A DNA stretch of 63,544 nt, filler included, from Choristocarpus tenellus KU-1152 (Eukaryota; Protista; Phaeophyceae), in NCBI GenBank assembly GCA_964200185.2. It is 12 parts of 12 records of this genome, joined end to end, with 100 filler letters (N's around TTAATTAATTAA, not from the genome) between each part and the next. Parts side by side here need not be neighbours in the genome. Positions count along the whole stretch, not along the records: positions 23,453 to 30,321 come from CAXNAD020007174.1; positions 30,422 to 34,732 come from CAXNAD020015172.1; positions 34,833 to 38,316 come from CAXNAD020019722.1; positions 38,417 to 50,918 come from CAXNAD020001815.1; 8 more parts are not named here. One strand, written 5' to 3'. Position 1 is the first letter of the stretch. The number at the start of each line of letters is the position of its first letter. The position numbers and the translations under genes were made by a program. This document shows, piece after piece, positions 28,050 through 42,000 of the stretch. The notes under the pieces were generated by a model. That model did not search any database and was not told the DNA's origin. It was given only the letters and a program-made list of their open reading frames with translations.

Positions 28050-30251
28050 TGTTAGATTAGACTCTTCCAACTCTATCAGACAGTTACGGTAAATTTTGTA
28101 TGGAGTAAAAGAACAATCAATAGTGGTTGACTTATCAGAACCTTATAGTGGTGATTAGCTATATGAGAAAAGTTCTCATATAAAAGGAAATATTTCTGAT
28201 TTTATGGGGTGCTGCATGCCCCGCTTAGCTTTAATCAATCACTCTACAGACATAAAGCAATCTCGCTGGCTTTATTACCTCTTTATCCTCTTGGATAATT
28301 TGAGCGATACTTTAACACAATATATTGAACCTTAGGTTTCTAACCCATTACTTCATCGTGTCTATGCAAGGAGATCCGATTCTACCTGTTCCTGTCGAGG
28401 GCCGTCTTTTTAGAATTGCGGGAACCTGTTCCTGCCAAGGGTTCATCTGTTCAATAATTCCGAAAGCTCATGGCGATGGTAGCGGATCTGTCAAGAAATG
28501 TTGGCAATCTCATGTTGTAGTCTGATAGAGTCGGCGACGGAAATCAAGCTGTCATCCAGGCTGCTGTGCCTAGCACACGGCCTCCGGCTGGGGGCGTACC
28601 AGTCGAAGCGGGTCCTATGGAACCCATGTTGAGAGAAAATTTCCCAGAGAGGGGAAACAGTTTGTACGCTGTGAGCGTCAGAAGTGGGGTGAGTTGGAGA
28701 TCCGGTTCTTCAGAGAGCTTGGGGACAGGCACACATATTGTTCGCCCTATGACAAAGAGGTCAAGAACCCAACCACCAAAACTATTGGACGATCGGACTA
28801 CCAGGACTGGCGGAGGCATTTCATCACGCATTGCCAATATACCCACTGCTTGGGTGCGTTGACAAGTGAAAGACCATTCAACCAAGAACGCTCCTACGAG
28901 GAACTTCTCTCGGATGGCTTCAGTGCGAATGATATCTGGATGGTCGAAGAGGCCTACCGTGCACTAACTGTTGCTCTCGTCACACCCACCACCAGGGCAT
29001 TGTGCTATACGCACCAAAGCCCAAGCGAGCTTTTCCGAGCAATACATGATGATTCCTAAAACAGTGGGTAATAGCCAACATTTGTTCCGTGAGTTTTTCA
29101 CTGCAAAGGTGGAGAAGGGGGCAAATCCGATCCTGACCTTAAACAACTTGGAAGAGCTATGGGGGAGGATGCTATCAATGGACCTGGTCATCTCGGACAA
29201 GCTGCTACTCCTACAGTTCCTGAGTGCTCTCGGATCAGATTACCGTACCAAGATATGCATGATGGCCTCGCAGAGGACACTATGTCGAGTAGACATAGAG
29301 AAAACTGCTAGAGAGCGATATGCTTCCCTTCATGAGGGGAAGGACTCGAGACGCAAGAACAGGCACACTTTGGTTGTTTGCAGCTCATCACAGGGGAAGA
29401 ATCAGTCTCATCGTAATGGCCAAGATCGTGGGGTCGAAAGTAAATTTCATGGTGGAAGAAAAAAAAATGGTTCTAATTCCAACCCTAAAAAGTTCCGAGA
29501 AGTTTCCTTGTGAGAGGTGTGGTAAGAATGGACATGAGAAGGGAGCTTCCCCAAACTGCATTTGCACCAAGTGTGGTGGACGTGCCCATGATGCTACAAC
29601 ATGTACTTCAGTGTTCATGACTACGGTGGAGTCTGGGAAAGAAAAGAACGAGACCGAGGCGAAACCTTCTCACATTGCTGTGGAAAGTGCGACCAGCTGT
29701 GGCGACAACAAGCGGTACGCACTACTGGTCGCCACTGAGGACTCTCTAACCAGCAATGCTCCAGACAAGGGTGGGGAAAACGAACGTTTGGTGTCAAGTG
29801 TTGGGGATGGTCACGAGAAAGAAGAATGGATTTTCGACAGTGTGTCTTCATGTCACATGACGAACATGGAATAAAACGTGACAAACTCCAAGCCTTGGGT
29901 AGGAGACCAAAGGGTGGTCACTGCTAGCCAAAATTCCTTTCACATCGCTGGTCATGGTGATAATACAATCTTGTTTCCCTCATGTGACAGCAAGGAGGTA
30001 GAGATACTCCTCCAAAATGTTGCCCATGTCCCAGATCTTGGCTTCAATTTTTTTTCTTGCCAAACAGCAGCTGATGTGGGTGCAAAATGCACTTGCACAG
30101 CCAGTACTTTTTCGTTATTAGAGGGAAAACTTACCTTCATAAGAGATCCTGGTTGTCACTACACCCTCCATGGTCAACGCATATTACCACGACCAGGTCG
30201 AAATGCTGAAGTTGCTTTGAAAGCCACCGTAGCCTGGGGGCCTCGCTTACA
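28050..30251 (+). mobile_element. Degenerate Ty1/copia retrotransposon: putative 5' LTR (28050-~28317), gag and protease
   Basis: Gag-like LFREFF..LEELWGRM..QFLSALGSDY; two zinc knuckles CERCGKNGH and CTKCGGRAHDATTC; copia protease WIFDSVSSCHMT and LQNVAHVPDLGFNFFS; frameshifts and a stop; TGTTA..TAACA LTR ends but no clear PBS. Confidence 0.9.
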
Positions 30252-30423
30252 GGGTCAAAGTATCTGGGGGGGGTGGCGGCTGTCCATTTGGGGTCAATTT
30301 TTTCATGTCGCGATTTTTGAGNNNNNNNNNNNNNNNNNNNNNNNNNNNNNNNNNNNNNNNNNNNNTTAATTAATTAANNNNNNNNNNNNNNNNNNNNNNN
30401 NNNNNNNNNNNNNNNNNNNNNAC

Positions 30424-30942
30424 TATCGGCACGGTGAAAGTCCCACGCATGCTGCGCTCGAGGCCAATGGCGTACACCTTCGACCTAGGGATGTGAAACC
30501 CCTGCTTAAGGCTATTGGTACTGGACCGAGGCGCTTCGTTTGCCTGGGTCTCGTGAGTCCCACGGGTACCAGGCGTGGTGGCCGTCGTTTCTATGGTGGT
30601 ATTGGTCGTGGTTTGTGCAGAAAGCACAAGGGAGCAGCATGCTTGGGACCCCCCTTCCACAACCTCTACTTCTACCCTGCCATGTACTCTGTGGCCTGCG
30701 AGAATGGGACGGACTGGAAGGATGATCCTCACAGCGATGTATTTCTTCCTCGCCATTGGAAATATATGCACCACAGTGTTTGTACCAATGACAGGAGACG
30801 CATCGTGGAAGGTACCAGGCGGACGGGGGCGATGGAGGCAGGAGGTCTGGTCACTGACCAGGACAACCCTGAGGAGGGCAATGCGTGGAGGCAATGGTTT
30901 GACTCTACACCAACACTAAATTTTCCCCGTGGCTACTACTAA
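30424..30942 (+). CDS. Possible terminal exon of an unknown protein
   Basis: Frame open from the contig start for ~172 codons, GC-rich; no motif recognised. Confidence 0.35.
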   Translation, partial: YRHGESPTHAALEANGVHLRPRDVKPLLKAIGTGPRRFVCLGLVSPTGTRRGGRRFYGGIGRGLCRKHKGAACLGPPFHNLYFYPAMYSVACENGTDWKDDPHSDVFLPRHWKYMHHSVCTNDRRRIVEGTRRTGAMEAGGLVTDQDNPEEGNAWRQWFDSTPTLNFPRGYY

Positions 30943-32467
30943 GCTGAGCTTCCACCCTTAATTGATATGAACCTGTAGTGCTCTTGAGAACAAGCCCTGA
31001 TTTTGCTGTGGTGTTCCTGGCCTTTTTTTGCAGCTGCGCAAAAGCTTCCCTCGGATAACTGGAACGAGGGACCAATATTCAATTTTCAAGGCTTCTGTAC
31101 TTCTGCAGAAGTTGAGTTGTGATGTGGGGAAGAGGAGAGTGTCGATTCTTCTTTGTATCTGTTGGCTTATATTTCGATTGGATAGGTCTGGATTTGTTTA
31201 TATCCTAAAAATGGATGCATAACCTGGCCTTTATGCTGAGGTATGTTGACTGGAGTTTCCTTTTTTTTCTAGTGGCAAGGTCCAGTGTAGCTTGATACAA
31301 GAATTCGGCGTGTTTTGAAACAAGAACTCGGCACAAGCAATGGTACAGGCGAATTGTGTTTGGTGGTAGTGGCTGTAACAATTACGAGGCAATATAATAA
31401 GCAATAACAAAGAAGGCATATTGATTGGCGTTCTAATAAAGTGCATGACCTTGAATATGACCCAAGATGGTGTATGTGTTGGTGCTCCCATCATCCTGCT
31501 AACTACTCTAGACTCTGTGCCTTTCTCTTATTATCGTATTTCAAGGAGCAAACTTGATGTTGTTTGCATCTGAACAAATATGATGAGCAAAATAATTCAA
31601 ACCAGGCAAGTTTGGTAGTCCCTATGGTGAAAAAGATGTTCCCGTTCTGACATGCACTCTTCTCATAAAAGGCAAATATAAACTTCCGAATGTGTGTGCA
31701 CTGCTTCTAAGAATGCTACACTTGGCTGTCAGAAACAATATTTTTTTAAGGTGAAGTAAATATCGATATATTCAAACTGCAGCAGTCAGTCACATCACAA
31801 TATTGTGACGCACATTTCCTTGTTATTGTGACGAGGAACTTCCACTTATGTTCTCACTATTGCGTACACCACAATCTGTGGGTTGAAGCGATATTTGGAA
31901 AGCGAGGATGTGCCTATTATGTCTTTCTTTTTGTCATTCCTACAGAAATGAGCGCGAACATCACACCTTGCACCTGTCGGGCACCCTCCTTTGTCTCTTC
32001 TTGTCATCAAGAAACACACTACCAAGCTCATGGAGAACTGGGATATACTAACAGTCGGATGACATTTGATTCGCGCGGTGAACTATCTCCCCTATACGGA
32101 CAAAAAAGGTAATAAAGGCTGGGATCAATCCTTTCTGTTATTCACCCAAGCGGGTCTGCTATGTCCCACGTAAAACAGGACAAAAGGTGTAACTGAAAAG
32201 CAGTGACAGTGGCACACACACACACGTTTTTACTATATATCTTGTGGTCTGTCAGATAACTTTGTTGTAAGGAGATAGCACGTAGTCAGGATAATGAAAT
32301 GTATTTCAGAATAGTACCTCCAAGTGGTGTTGAAGAACTGATACTGCCCAGGTACTGAATAGAAATTGAAGAAATTAATCTCAAAAAATGGAAAAACTAG
32401 TAATGTTATCTTTGTGACGACATTTCTACACAAATCGCAACGTCTAGAGAGAAGGAACATATTATTA

Positions 32468-34161
32468 CTCCCTCTGTCCAATAAGTCTGGGATGTTTAGG
32501 GTGTAACTTCTCAAGATATGACCAACAAAACATTTTTTTTACTATCAAATTACGTAATATTTTTACGTTAAAATAATTTTTCGTTGCTTTCCTCGTGCCC
32601 ATCAACCCACCAATTCCACCGCTGTGTTGAAAATCCCTCTGTCGATGCTGACCATTTGTGGCGGATTTCCCTTACACTTCCTTTTCTTAGTCCCGCTATG
32701 CTGTACCTCGAAATCGTTACCCCCTAGCGCCTTCAAAACTTGATCATACCACTTAAAGAGGCTCTGCCACACCCTCTCTGAAGTAGCTGTGTTGTACGGG
32801 CCGTACATGCTCTTTTACCATGATGCTCTCTCCAAGCTGTACATTTTGGGGATGTAATGAACTCCAAATCGTTGACGTTGAGATCAGGTGACTGTGCAGG
32901 TTGTATTTTGAGCTTGATGTTCCACCCCCCCGCCCTCCTGGCTTTGTTGAGCTTCTGTGGCATGTCTTTTCTGGTATGGGAGGTCGCTCTGGCCTACTGC
33001 ACAACCACCTCCTCACCATCCAACTACTTTTTTTTCCCCTTTAATGCAGGGAGAAGATACTCCACGTACCACTCCCGTTATCACTCAGCATTGATGGTCC
33101 GATCCAAGTTGTACTGCTACCCCCTCTCGTGGTAGGTCGGATTTCTCTGTGCCTGATTGATGAAGCAAACACGCCAGATTCTGATCTTACTGTCAAGATC
33201 ACAGGAAAAATCTGGGCACGAAACAGCACAGATTAATATCATCTTTGGAATGTGACTCTTGTGCTGTACCTTGGTAGAGCCCACCCTTTTCTCTGTGGGG
33301 AACATGTGGACTCGCTCCCCATCATGGACGAGGTAGAGCCATGCTTTGTTGGTATGAATCGTGTTGAGCCGCTTCTGTTTTTGATGTGGTTCCGTTCTCC
33401 TTGGCCAACAATGAAATCTGCCTAGTTCTTTAAATGCATCAACGACAGGTTCGGAGTAATGCGCCGTTACACCATCGTTGTCCCTATCCCTTGAATTATC
33501 GCTGAAGCATCGAGCTGCTGGTTGCAAGACCGACTACGGCTAACTCTCTTGGCAGACAACTGATCAAGGGTAATGACCGCCCGCTTCATCATACTGATAT
33601 AAACGAAAACCAGAGTCCAATTGTCGTCGTACAGTTGTCTTTGATATTGATCGCCAACTCGAAAATGCCCTGCCAATTCTGGTTCAATGCCTTTCGGAAG
33701 CCGTTTCTTACCAGGGAGTAGGGCTAGAGCGTAGCGTATGGTCAGGACATTTCGAACTTCCTCGCTCAGCTCGCAATATTTACCTCGAGCAGATTGACTC
33801 CCAACGAAAGACGGCGAACTTCCCGGAATGGTCATACTGGCTGAAAGACTCACGCTGTAGATGGCTCAGAGGAAAAAGGCGAGAGTCATGAAACTCTTGG
33901 CAAGGTGCTGAAATGTTGTGTGGCGATGGGTGGGGTTGTACGTAAACAACTGAAAATGGAGCGGAAAAAGGAAGGTTTTTAGGTTCAACTTTTTTGGAAC
34001 TGATTCAGAAGTATATCGGAACAAAATTCAATATCCAAAAATGAAAAATCGTATGGGGACCTTTGATTTGACCCATACTTTACAAGAACGTCTTCATATT
34101 CGTCAAGAAACAGGCAAAACAGAAGGTGAAAATTCGTAACGAGGGATGCTTATGAGACAGA
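32468..34161 (-). mobile_element. Decayed Tc1/mariner transposon of the DD39D (plant mariner/Stowaway-associated) type
   Basis: TA+CTCCCTCTGTCCAATAAG TIR; eroded partner CTTATGAGACAGA near 34149; frameshifted transposase motifs KSHIPKMILICAVS.PDF..D.KIRIW and IQPAQSPDLNVNDL. Confidence 0.85.
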
Positions 34162-34444
34162 CCATACAAGAAGGAAATCATATTATTCGTAGTATGCAGC
34201 AGTGGTAGTTATCATGGAAGTGGATCTTCTATGCATAAGCATGAGAAAATATAAAAATCTTGTTTCATGTTCACTACAGTTCAAAATAGATGAGGTATTT
34301 ACTGTAAGAGTGAAAGAATATGTGGAGATTTATTTTTTTGATATTTGTTTTGCTCATGAATTCTGGATTATTATTATTAACTTATTCCTTGTTTGCCATT
34401 CCCCTGTCTTTCCATTCCTTTCCTTCCCTATGTATTCCCTCTTC

Positions 34445-34720
34445 TGACCAGCCCATTGTGACCCCTTCGCCACTGGTTTCCCATTTACCCCCCCATGAGA
34501 TGACCAACCAGTGCAAGCTCCTTTCGTGACTGATTTCCAGTCACCCCCCACCTCTGATGACCAACCAGTGCAACCCCTTCGCCCCTGATTTCCAGTCATC
34601 CTCCACCTCTGATGACCAACCAGTGCAACCCCTTCGTCACTGATTTTCAGTCACCCTCCACATTTGATGACCAACCACCAGTGTGAACCCCCCTCGTCAC
34701 TTATTTCCACTCATCCTCTC
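34445..34720. repeat. Minisatellite, ~55-57 bp x~5
   Basis: TGACCAACCAGTGCAACCCTTCGTCACTGATTTCCAGTCACCCCCACCTCTGA-like units. Confidence 0.85.
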
Positions 34721-36289
34721 CCCCTCCCTCCTNNNNNNNNNNNNNNNNNNNNNNNNNNNNNNNNNNNNNNNNNNNNTTAATTAATTAANNNNNNNNNNNN
34801 NNNNNNNNNNNNNNNNNNNNNNNNNNNNNNNNCCAAATTGATAACCGTCACCCCCCCCCAGATACTTTGAGCCAGTGCCTACTACTGCCGCACCCCCTGC
34901 AGTGATCACACCTTGGCCAAAAGGTTAAGTTGTATGGGAGGATAGTTGTGTCCACGGTTGCATAGGAGTAGAATCCTCTTAATTCTGTATCTTACAAATA
35001 TTAGTGATATTGTTAGGTCCGTTCCTGTCGATACTGGAGTAATTTGTTACTATTGTAGTTCTTGGGTTTTTATTTTATACATCTTTTCATTTGAACAAAG
35101 TATTTCTGGACACATAATAAAAACGGTAAGTATGAACTCTTTTTAAAAAACATATATGGAAGACTTGGTTGACTGTTCCTAAGATTGAGCCTTCATCAAT
35201 CGTACTTTTCAGATAACTAGATTTCGTGGCGAATTGCGTTTTTCAATACATCTATATATAATGTTTTGTGCCCCTAATAATATTACCAGCAAGGACTATT
35301 CCTAGTTCTTTTTCCTCTAAATACCACACACTATAATGATTTATTATTGAAATAGTATAGCCTTAGTGATCTCATCTCTAACCCTCGATTGAGAGTACTC
35401 CAGAACGCCTCCTTAGTATAGTGTGATGTAAATAATTGTTTTTGTGATGGTAATGCCGTAGTGATCCCAGTCAAACCTTGAGAGTTCTCAAAAATAACTC
35501 ATATTCCTGTCTCTCTCTGTCTATCTCTCTTTGCATCTCTGGTAATTGATTTCTTTCTGGAAAATCCTATTATTTGTGGTATGTAACAATGATAGTGAAA
35601 CGGTAGTAGGTCTCTGTCTAATGCAATATCACAATATTATTTTCAACTTGATTTTTTAGATGTAATCATGTTCTTTTGTATGGTTTTGAAGTGATGAGGG
35701 GATGTGGTCACAATGCTTGTATTTAGAGTGGAGTACGGGTTTTGAAGTTTCTCCTTTTGGGGGATTCTGGCAAAGAGGAGTAGAGGGAGGCAGGCACAAA
35801 GGTATTATTGATATAATTAATTATGTTCTAGTATATTAATTGTAGTAGCATTGCATCCATTTTTTTTAGTGGGGAGAGCAAAATATATATATATATATTT
35901 GGCAGTGATACATGATGGTGTCTATGATGAAGAATCTGATAGTTCAATCTCGAAGGATTTCAAAGGATAGAATAAGCACAACCGCATGCATCATCCAACA
36001 CACACCCCGGAGCCCCCCATCCCCACCCTACTTACCTGCATTGTGTCTTTGTGGAGAGTTCTGTTGGATTTGATTACTTTTTGAAATTTTTGACATAAAT
36101 GATGTGTGTTTTACTTTATTTTTTTAAACATATGCAGGATCAGAACGCCTTCTATCTCTCCTCGATGATACACCACAGCATTGGTGCTGTTTCTATACCC
36201 CCACCTTTCTTGCTATCATGCGAGAACCTGCTTATTTCTGTAAGTATTTATAACATACGTACATTCTTCTAGGTAAGACATATTCATTC

Positions 36290-37700
36290 ATTTTGGTGTG
36301 AGAATGTGAAGAATTGATCTCACGCATCTCCTCAACACATTATTTTGTATTGTTCTTCCTTGCCACAGACTCCTTACTCTAGTGAAATCAGGCTGGAAGG
36401 ATTCAACGACTGAGTGTCCAGGGTCACCATCGATGCCACAGTTATATTGTATTGAGGGAGTCTCTTTGGTGAGATACTTCCATGTTCTACTGCAGCAGTA
36501 TTGTAAGTGTTTGCATAGAAGTGATATTAATATTGATGTTAATAGTACCTTTTGTAAGTGGACCATTATTGATATGCTTCGAAGTAATGTTTTGGGAGAG
36601 CGTTTGAGCCTTGATTTTTCTGAGGGGCATTGGCTGCTTGATGTGAGTGGGTGGTCCACTCATCCATGTGGGTGGTCTGCCATGAACCTTTCCTGGACCT
36701 GCATCTACGTGGTGTCGTTGGAGGCATAAACACAACTCTTTGCCCATCAGACTTGTGCTTGTACCTGACCATATCTCAAGGGTAAAACAAAGAGGGGTGG
36801 AAGTCCTTGCTTCTCCATGTAATAATAAGTAAATACACATACCACCTGTTGGTACAGTCATAGTGTTACGTTTTTGTTTTTGTTGTGTATATTTTTGTTC
36901 GCAAACATAAAGTCAACCAAAGGCGGTTTGGAAACTCTACGAGACTAGAAGGTGTTGCATGCAGGATAGGTAACACCACCTCTGCGAACAGAGGGATTAG
37001 TCTGTGGTGAGGAGGGCAGCCTTCGGAATGTTAGTTTCTGTATCAAATAGGAAATTAGACGATCGAGGGGTGGATTCTAGAAAAAGTTATATTTTCGGTA
37101 GTCTGATGTTGTAGGTCAAGGCGAAGAGAAGAGGAGTATGATGGGTTAGGTTTGGGGCAGGGGAAATATTTGACTGCAAGCCTATCAAGACGCTGTCGTG
37201 TAAGTCCCACTGAGACCTTCTTGCATCGTCTGAGAAATTCGTCTGGTATACTTCCACTTCAACTCCTTACCTCTATTGGAGATTGTCCGCTTCTACCTCT
37301 GGGCCGTTGGTCTATGTTCTTGCTGTTGATGCATGTGCTTATCTTGGTGACAATGATTGACCGTCCACAACGGGGTGCACAAAAATCGCTCACTACTCCA
37401 TGGTTTTTGATGCTACGAGCAGGCACTGGAACACTTCTTGGGAAAGAATGTAAAACTGAGGCTTTCTGCCAAGGTGGACAAGGACTGCGAGGAGAAGTCT
37501 CCCTGGGGACCTTGAATTTCTTAGGTAGTAGGATGCATTCCGTAGCGACTCTATACCACATTTGAACTCCATGAAAAAGAAAAAGACAAAGTGTAGCAAG
37601 AGAGTTAACCAAGAACTCAATGATCTTGTTATTGAAGTGGAAGAAATGGAAATACAAGACGCACAACAGGTCTATTGAGTAGTAGCAGTAGTTGCTATGC
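36290..37700 (-). pseudogene. Possible highly decayed non-LTR retrotransposon RT
   Basis: Fragments resembling RT motifs (LVEF.NAFG; FYANTYN..VEHGSIS..CGI.GDP) spread across frameshifts. Confidence 0.35.
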
Positions 37701-39899
37701 TGTCCTGGAGTTGCACAATTCAACTCCAAGGCTGTTTCTAGAGAAGATATTGGCTAGGGAGAGGAAGAATTGGGGAGGAGGAGTCGCCCCTTCGATTCCT
37801 CTCTGCCTGTGAAGGAAATTACATGCGTCATGTACTGTATATTGGAAAAAATGCATTTGTTATTGGTAGACCCCTGGAGTAACATGCTTTGGTCATAAAA
37901 ATGGGTGGGAGTACTCTCAAACAGCCCTTCAACTAGGAACAGAATAGAGCAAATTGCTCTGAAGAGAAGGACACACGAATTGCTAGTATTTACTGCGCAA
38001 CTTACACCACCAAGAGCACCATGATCCCCTCAATCGTAGTTTTCGTAAAGAAGTACTAGGGATTGTAGTATTTCAAAGTGCCTGCAGAAAACCTTTGTAT
38101 TATTTGTGCCTCTAAAATATGTGCGCAGAACAACCCCCATTTCTAGGGCTAGCCCTTGCATCATGTGTGTTCCTTGTGGAGAATATTAAGGTAGATACAA
38201 ATGAATGTGCATTGTGCGGTAGCAAGGAACTCCCTGTGGCCATAAGGTGGAGCTACTCACCCTACTTCCATTTGTCCCAAACAGAGCTCTTACTTGGTGA
38301 TGCTGTAACCCCAGTGNNNNNNNNNNNNNNNNNNNNNNNNNNNNNNNNNNNNNNNNNNNNTTAATTAATTAANNNNNNNNNNNNNNNNNNNNNNNNNNNN
38401 NNNNNNNNNNNNNNNNCCCGATTGTGATAAGACATCGTGGATCAGTTCCTTTTTACATGATGATATTGATGTTAATTCAAGTGAGAGATCCAGCATACCT
38501 GACGACTTGTGCATCAGGAGTCCTATACGTACATCAGTATCATCTATAGGCCCGTAGATTGGAGCTATACGTCCTGTGGAGGTAAGCTTTGAGGGGCGCC
38601 TGTAACATATGCCTAGAGTATATATGAGCACGCATACACACATATATTGTTGTCCTGTGATGTTGTAAGCAATACAGATCTGTTTTGATTGTGTTTGTTG
38701 TCCGTGTCCTATTCTATTCCTGAGTATCTTGTATGCTATGCATCCCAATGATTCTCTGTGTAAAAGAGTTGTGGAAAAATCTTGTTATATCCATCTTCCC
38801 TCACTGCAAACAAATCCCCAACCACAAATTCTTCCATCCTTGAGCAAAATATGAGCGATAGTCGGTCTCAGATATCACAGGAGATAGTGTTTCTGGGGAT
38901 GGAAAAAGAAGATAGGATATAATGTATGCCTTTCGCCCCGCCAGTGGCAGCCTTCACCAGATAGGGGGCCTTTTCCATGGCTTTTGACCGGGCTAACAAA
39001 TTTGAACTGGTCCCATCCGCTGGCTGGACTAGTCCCATAAGTGGCTCGTCAGCACTTCATGACGGACAGGTCTTTCGGGAGAAAAAATATATACCCTGGT
39101 TGAATCAACTCTGGGAAAAAAATGAAATGGTGGAACATTAGTGGTGATCAGCCCTAGGTCTCACTCTAGTCCAAGCCAGGAAAAATCTGTGTTAACGGGT
39201 GGAGGCACAATGAGGAAAAATGGCGTGGACCTGCCTGTCTTCCATGTGCCATGGGAGATCTGAGTGGATGCAACTCAGCGTCACCACAGCTTTGGTACAT
39301 CAAGTCATCTATTGGGGAGTGTTGTGGGGGTAGTGTCAACAGAGATTGGAAAACTCATCTCTTACTGTCACCTCTGGTACAAATACTTGTCTCCAAGGTG
39401 CTTGGACAACCAGAAAAGTTGGACTTAAATATTTTTGTTGTAAGCGCATTTGTTAGTTTTTTCAAAATGTTTTGAAAAATATGCATGCTTCTCATAGATA
39501 GGACCAACCTGTGCTTGTATCTCCGGATAAGAGCTATCTTTATACCCCACGAGCCCCGTTTCGTCTTATAGATAAGCTAGAAATACCACCCGGACTGAGC
39601 CATGGTATGGTCTTCAAGAATTTATCGGCGTCGCTTCCGCCATTGGTAGTGAAAAAGAAGTATCTTCCCTGTCTGTGGAATCTGGTGGCAACTTACCCGG
39701 TGGGCAACCCACTAGTAAAGAGGAACTTATCGCACTTCCCAGTCCACAAGGAGGGTCATTACAAATATCAGAGGAGGCTTCATTGCTTGTAGGTGGACGT
39801 CCGGTTGGCGGTGTTTCAGGTTCTTCAGCAGTTTTAAGGGCAGGAGTCTTTCTTTTATGACAAGTCGCTTGGTCAGTGGCTCTTACATTAGGGAGGTCC

Positions 39900-42000
39900 A
39901 ACTTGTTCTCTTCCCTATAGACTGCCATCATCACACAACATTCAGGGACTTCAGCGGGTTTGCGCTATACATCACTGATCAGTGAATATCCTCGAACCTT
40001 GAAGACGAAGGCGGTAAGAAAAATTGCGAGTGATCTTTCTTCCCACACCTCGCTTATGGTCAACAATGCCCTCTACATTGTATGACCTAATAGTTGGCTG
40101 TTTCTTTGACCCCTGATCGAGATTAGGTTCCGGAAAAAAACGCCTAAAAAGAATGAATTAAGAGCATCTATGTCAGGTTCAGTGGCTGCTCCTTCCTTAA
40201 AGGGTCTAAGTCTAGCCATATGAGAGTCAAAGTATCTTAGAGGGTAGAGCCGTGTCCATTTGGGGGTCAAACTCCAATGTTGCAATTTTGATGTAATCTT
40301 GGCGATCATTTTTGTTAGGAGATGTCAATATCCTTGTTTCTGACACTCCTTTTCATAACGAAAACATTTTACCTACTCCGAAATACTTTGGAGCAGGTAA
40401 AATGTCGATAAAAACATGTGGGTAGAGTTAAGCCCCAAACGGACAAACAGGGAAAACCTCGTACCCTCTGAGATACTTTCACTCATGAACTTTCGCTTCA
40501 CGTCGGTCTTCCAAGCGTTTTACGTTATAAACGACGGGTGTTAAACGTGCCTTCACTTCGTAAGGTCCTCTCCAAGGGGATAATAACTTGGGGTTCGGTG
40601 CAGCTGAAGTATGTGGTTTGTGAAGCCACACTTTATCTCTGGGATCGTATAATGTAAGTTTATGGTTCACATTCTTAGATTCATTCTGAAGTGCCATCTC
40701 ACGAATATTTCGCCGGGCAAGTTCATAAGCTAGTTTTAAATTTTCCATTGTTCTCGTACTCGATTCTTGTGCAATTATGGAGGCGGCCTCAGGGACCCCC
40801 AAAATAAGATCAGTTGGTAAAATTGGGCGCCTTCCAAACATGAGAAAATATTTAGTTTCGTGAACAGTGGTATTATAGACTGTATTGTGTGCTAGCTGTA
40901 CGAAGGGCAATAATGAAGCCCAGTCAGATTGAGACATATTCGAATACATGGCCAGCACACCATGCATCGCGGAATGAATTCGTTCACATATGCTATTGCC
41001 TTAGGGTCGATATGCCATGGTCTTGGCTCTATGATACCCATACACTTGCACAACTCAGTCAGGAGTTTATTCTCAAATTCTTTGCCATGGTCAGAGCGGA
41101 GTGTTTCAGGAGGACCAAAATAGAAAAAATACGATTGACAAGAGCTTTACCCACGGTCTTTTCTTGTATATTTGCAACGCCAATCGAGATTGCAAATATT
41201 TTAAGACAGTCTACGGCGGACAACACACACACACACACACATATATTGCGCGGTCTGATGTGGTCTTATTTTAGCCGAGTCAATAGCAAGCCGTTGAAAC
41301 GGATGTGTAACAGATGTATGTCCTGTAGGTAGTGGAGTAGGACTATGAGTGGTCTTCCTTCTTTGGCATGACTGCACCACTTCCTAACATCTTTATCTAA
41401 GGTCGGTCACCAAAATCTTTATCTCATGTGGTCCATCTTGTCCTTGAAGCAAGATGGCCTGCAACTTTATGGTTATGTAGGGCATGTAAAATAAAACCCT
41501 GGACTTCTGTTGGGGCTACTAACTGATCATGAAATTCTCAATTTTTACGAAGATGACCAGGTTGGTAAGATCAGTAGAGTGAGAATTTATTCTCTCTCTT
41601 GTGCGAAAAAATACGACATAGTGTAAGCCGTTCCCTTATTGGGTAATGTTGCATTACAAGGGTCTGCCAGGTAATGAAAATATGCTCCAAACTGATCATG
41701 TTGGGATTTGGCTAGAACTTCAGTATCAATTACTGGGAAAACATCGATGGAGCTAACGAAGAGGTCAATGCCATATGGCACCCTAGTGATATTACCTAAT
41801 CGATCCAAAGACAATTCATAGGCTGGATATACCTTACTTGTTTGAGCAGTTGCACCAGTGGTTTCTACTCCCACATTTCGACATATAGGGGTTAGGCGTG
41901 CTGGTTCAGATTCATGTTTAAAGAGCTCTTCCAGTTGAGGATGTGACAATACACATATGCAAAGTTCAGAGGACATAATACTAAAATATATCTGGGAAGT
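39900..42000 (-). mobile_element. Degenerate Ty3/gypsy (chromovirus-like) pol: integrase plus C-terminal chromodomain
   Basis: FGPPETLRSDHGKEFENK..AYRP.GNSICERIH..DWASLLPFVQLAHNT..LMFGR..PKLLSPWRGPYEV..VH|MARLRPF..YNVEGIVDHKRG..YRLRLQG. Confidence 0.9.
40224..40484 (-). mobile_element. MITE family A copy inside the gypsy integrase tail
   Basis: Full TIRs; perfect TSD ATGA/ATGA. Confidence 0.95.

Noticed and set aside
34445-34720. CRISPR-like array
   Set aside because: A degenerate tandem minisatellite with no spacer diversity.
36138-36239. Isolated candidate exon (cag|...|gtaagt)
   Set aside because: The splice signals are plausible, but there is no partner exon or recognisable peptide.
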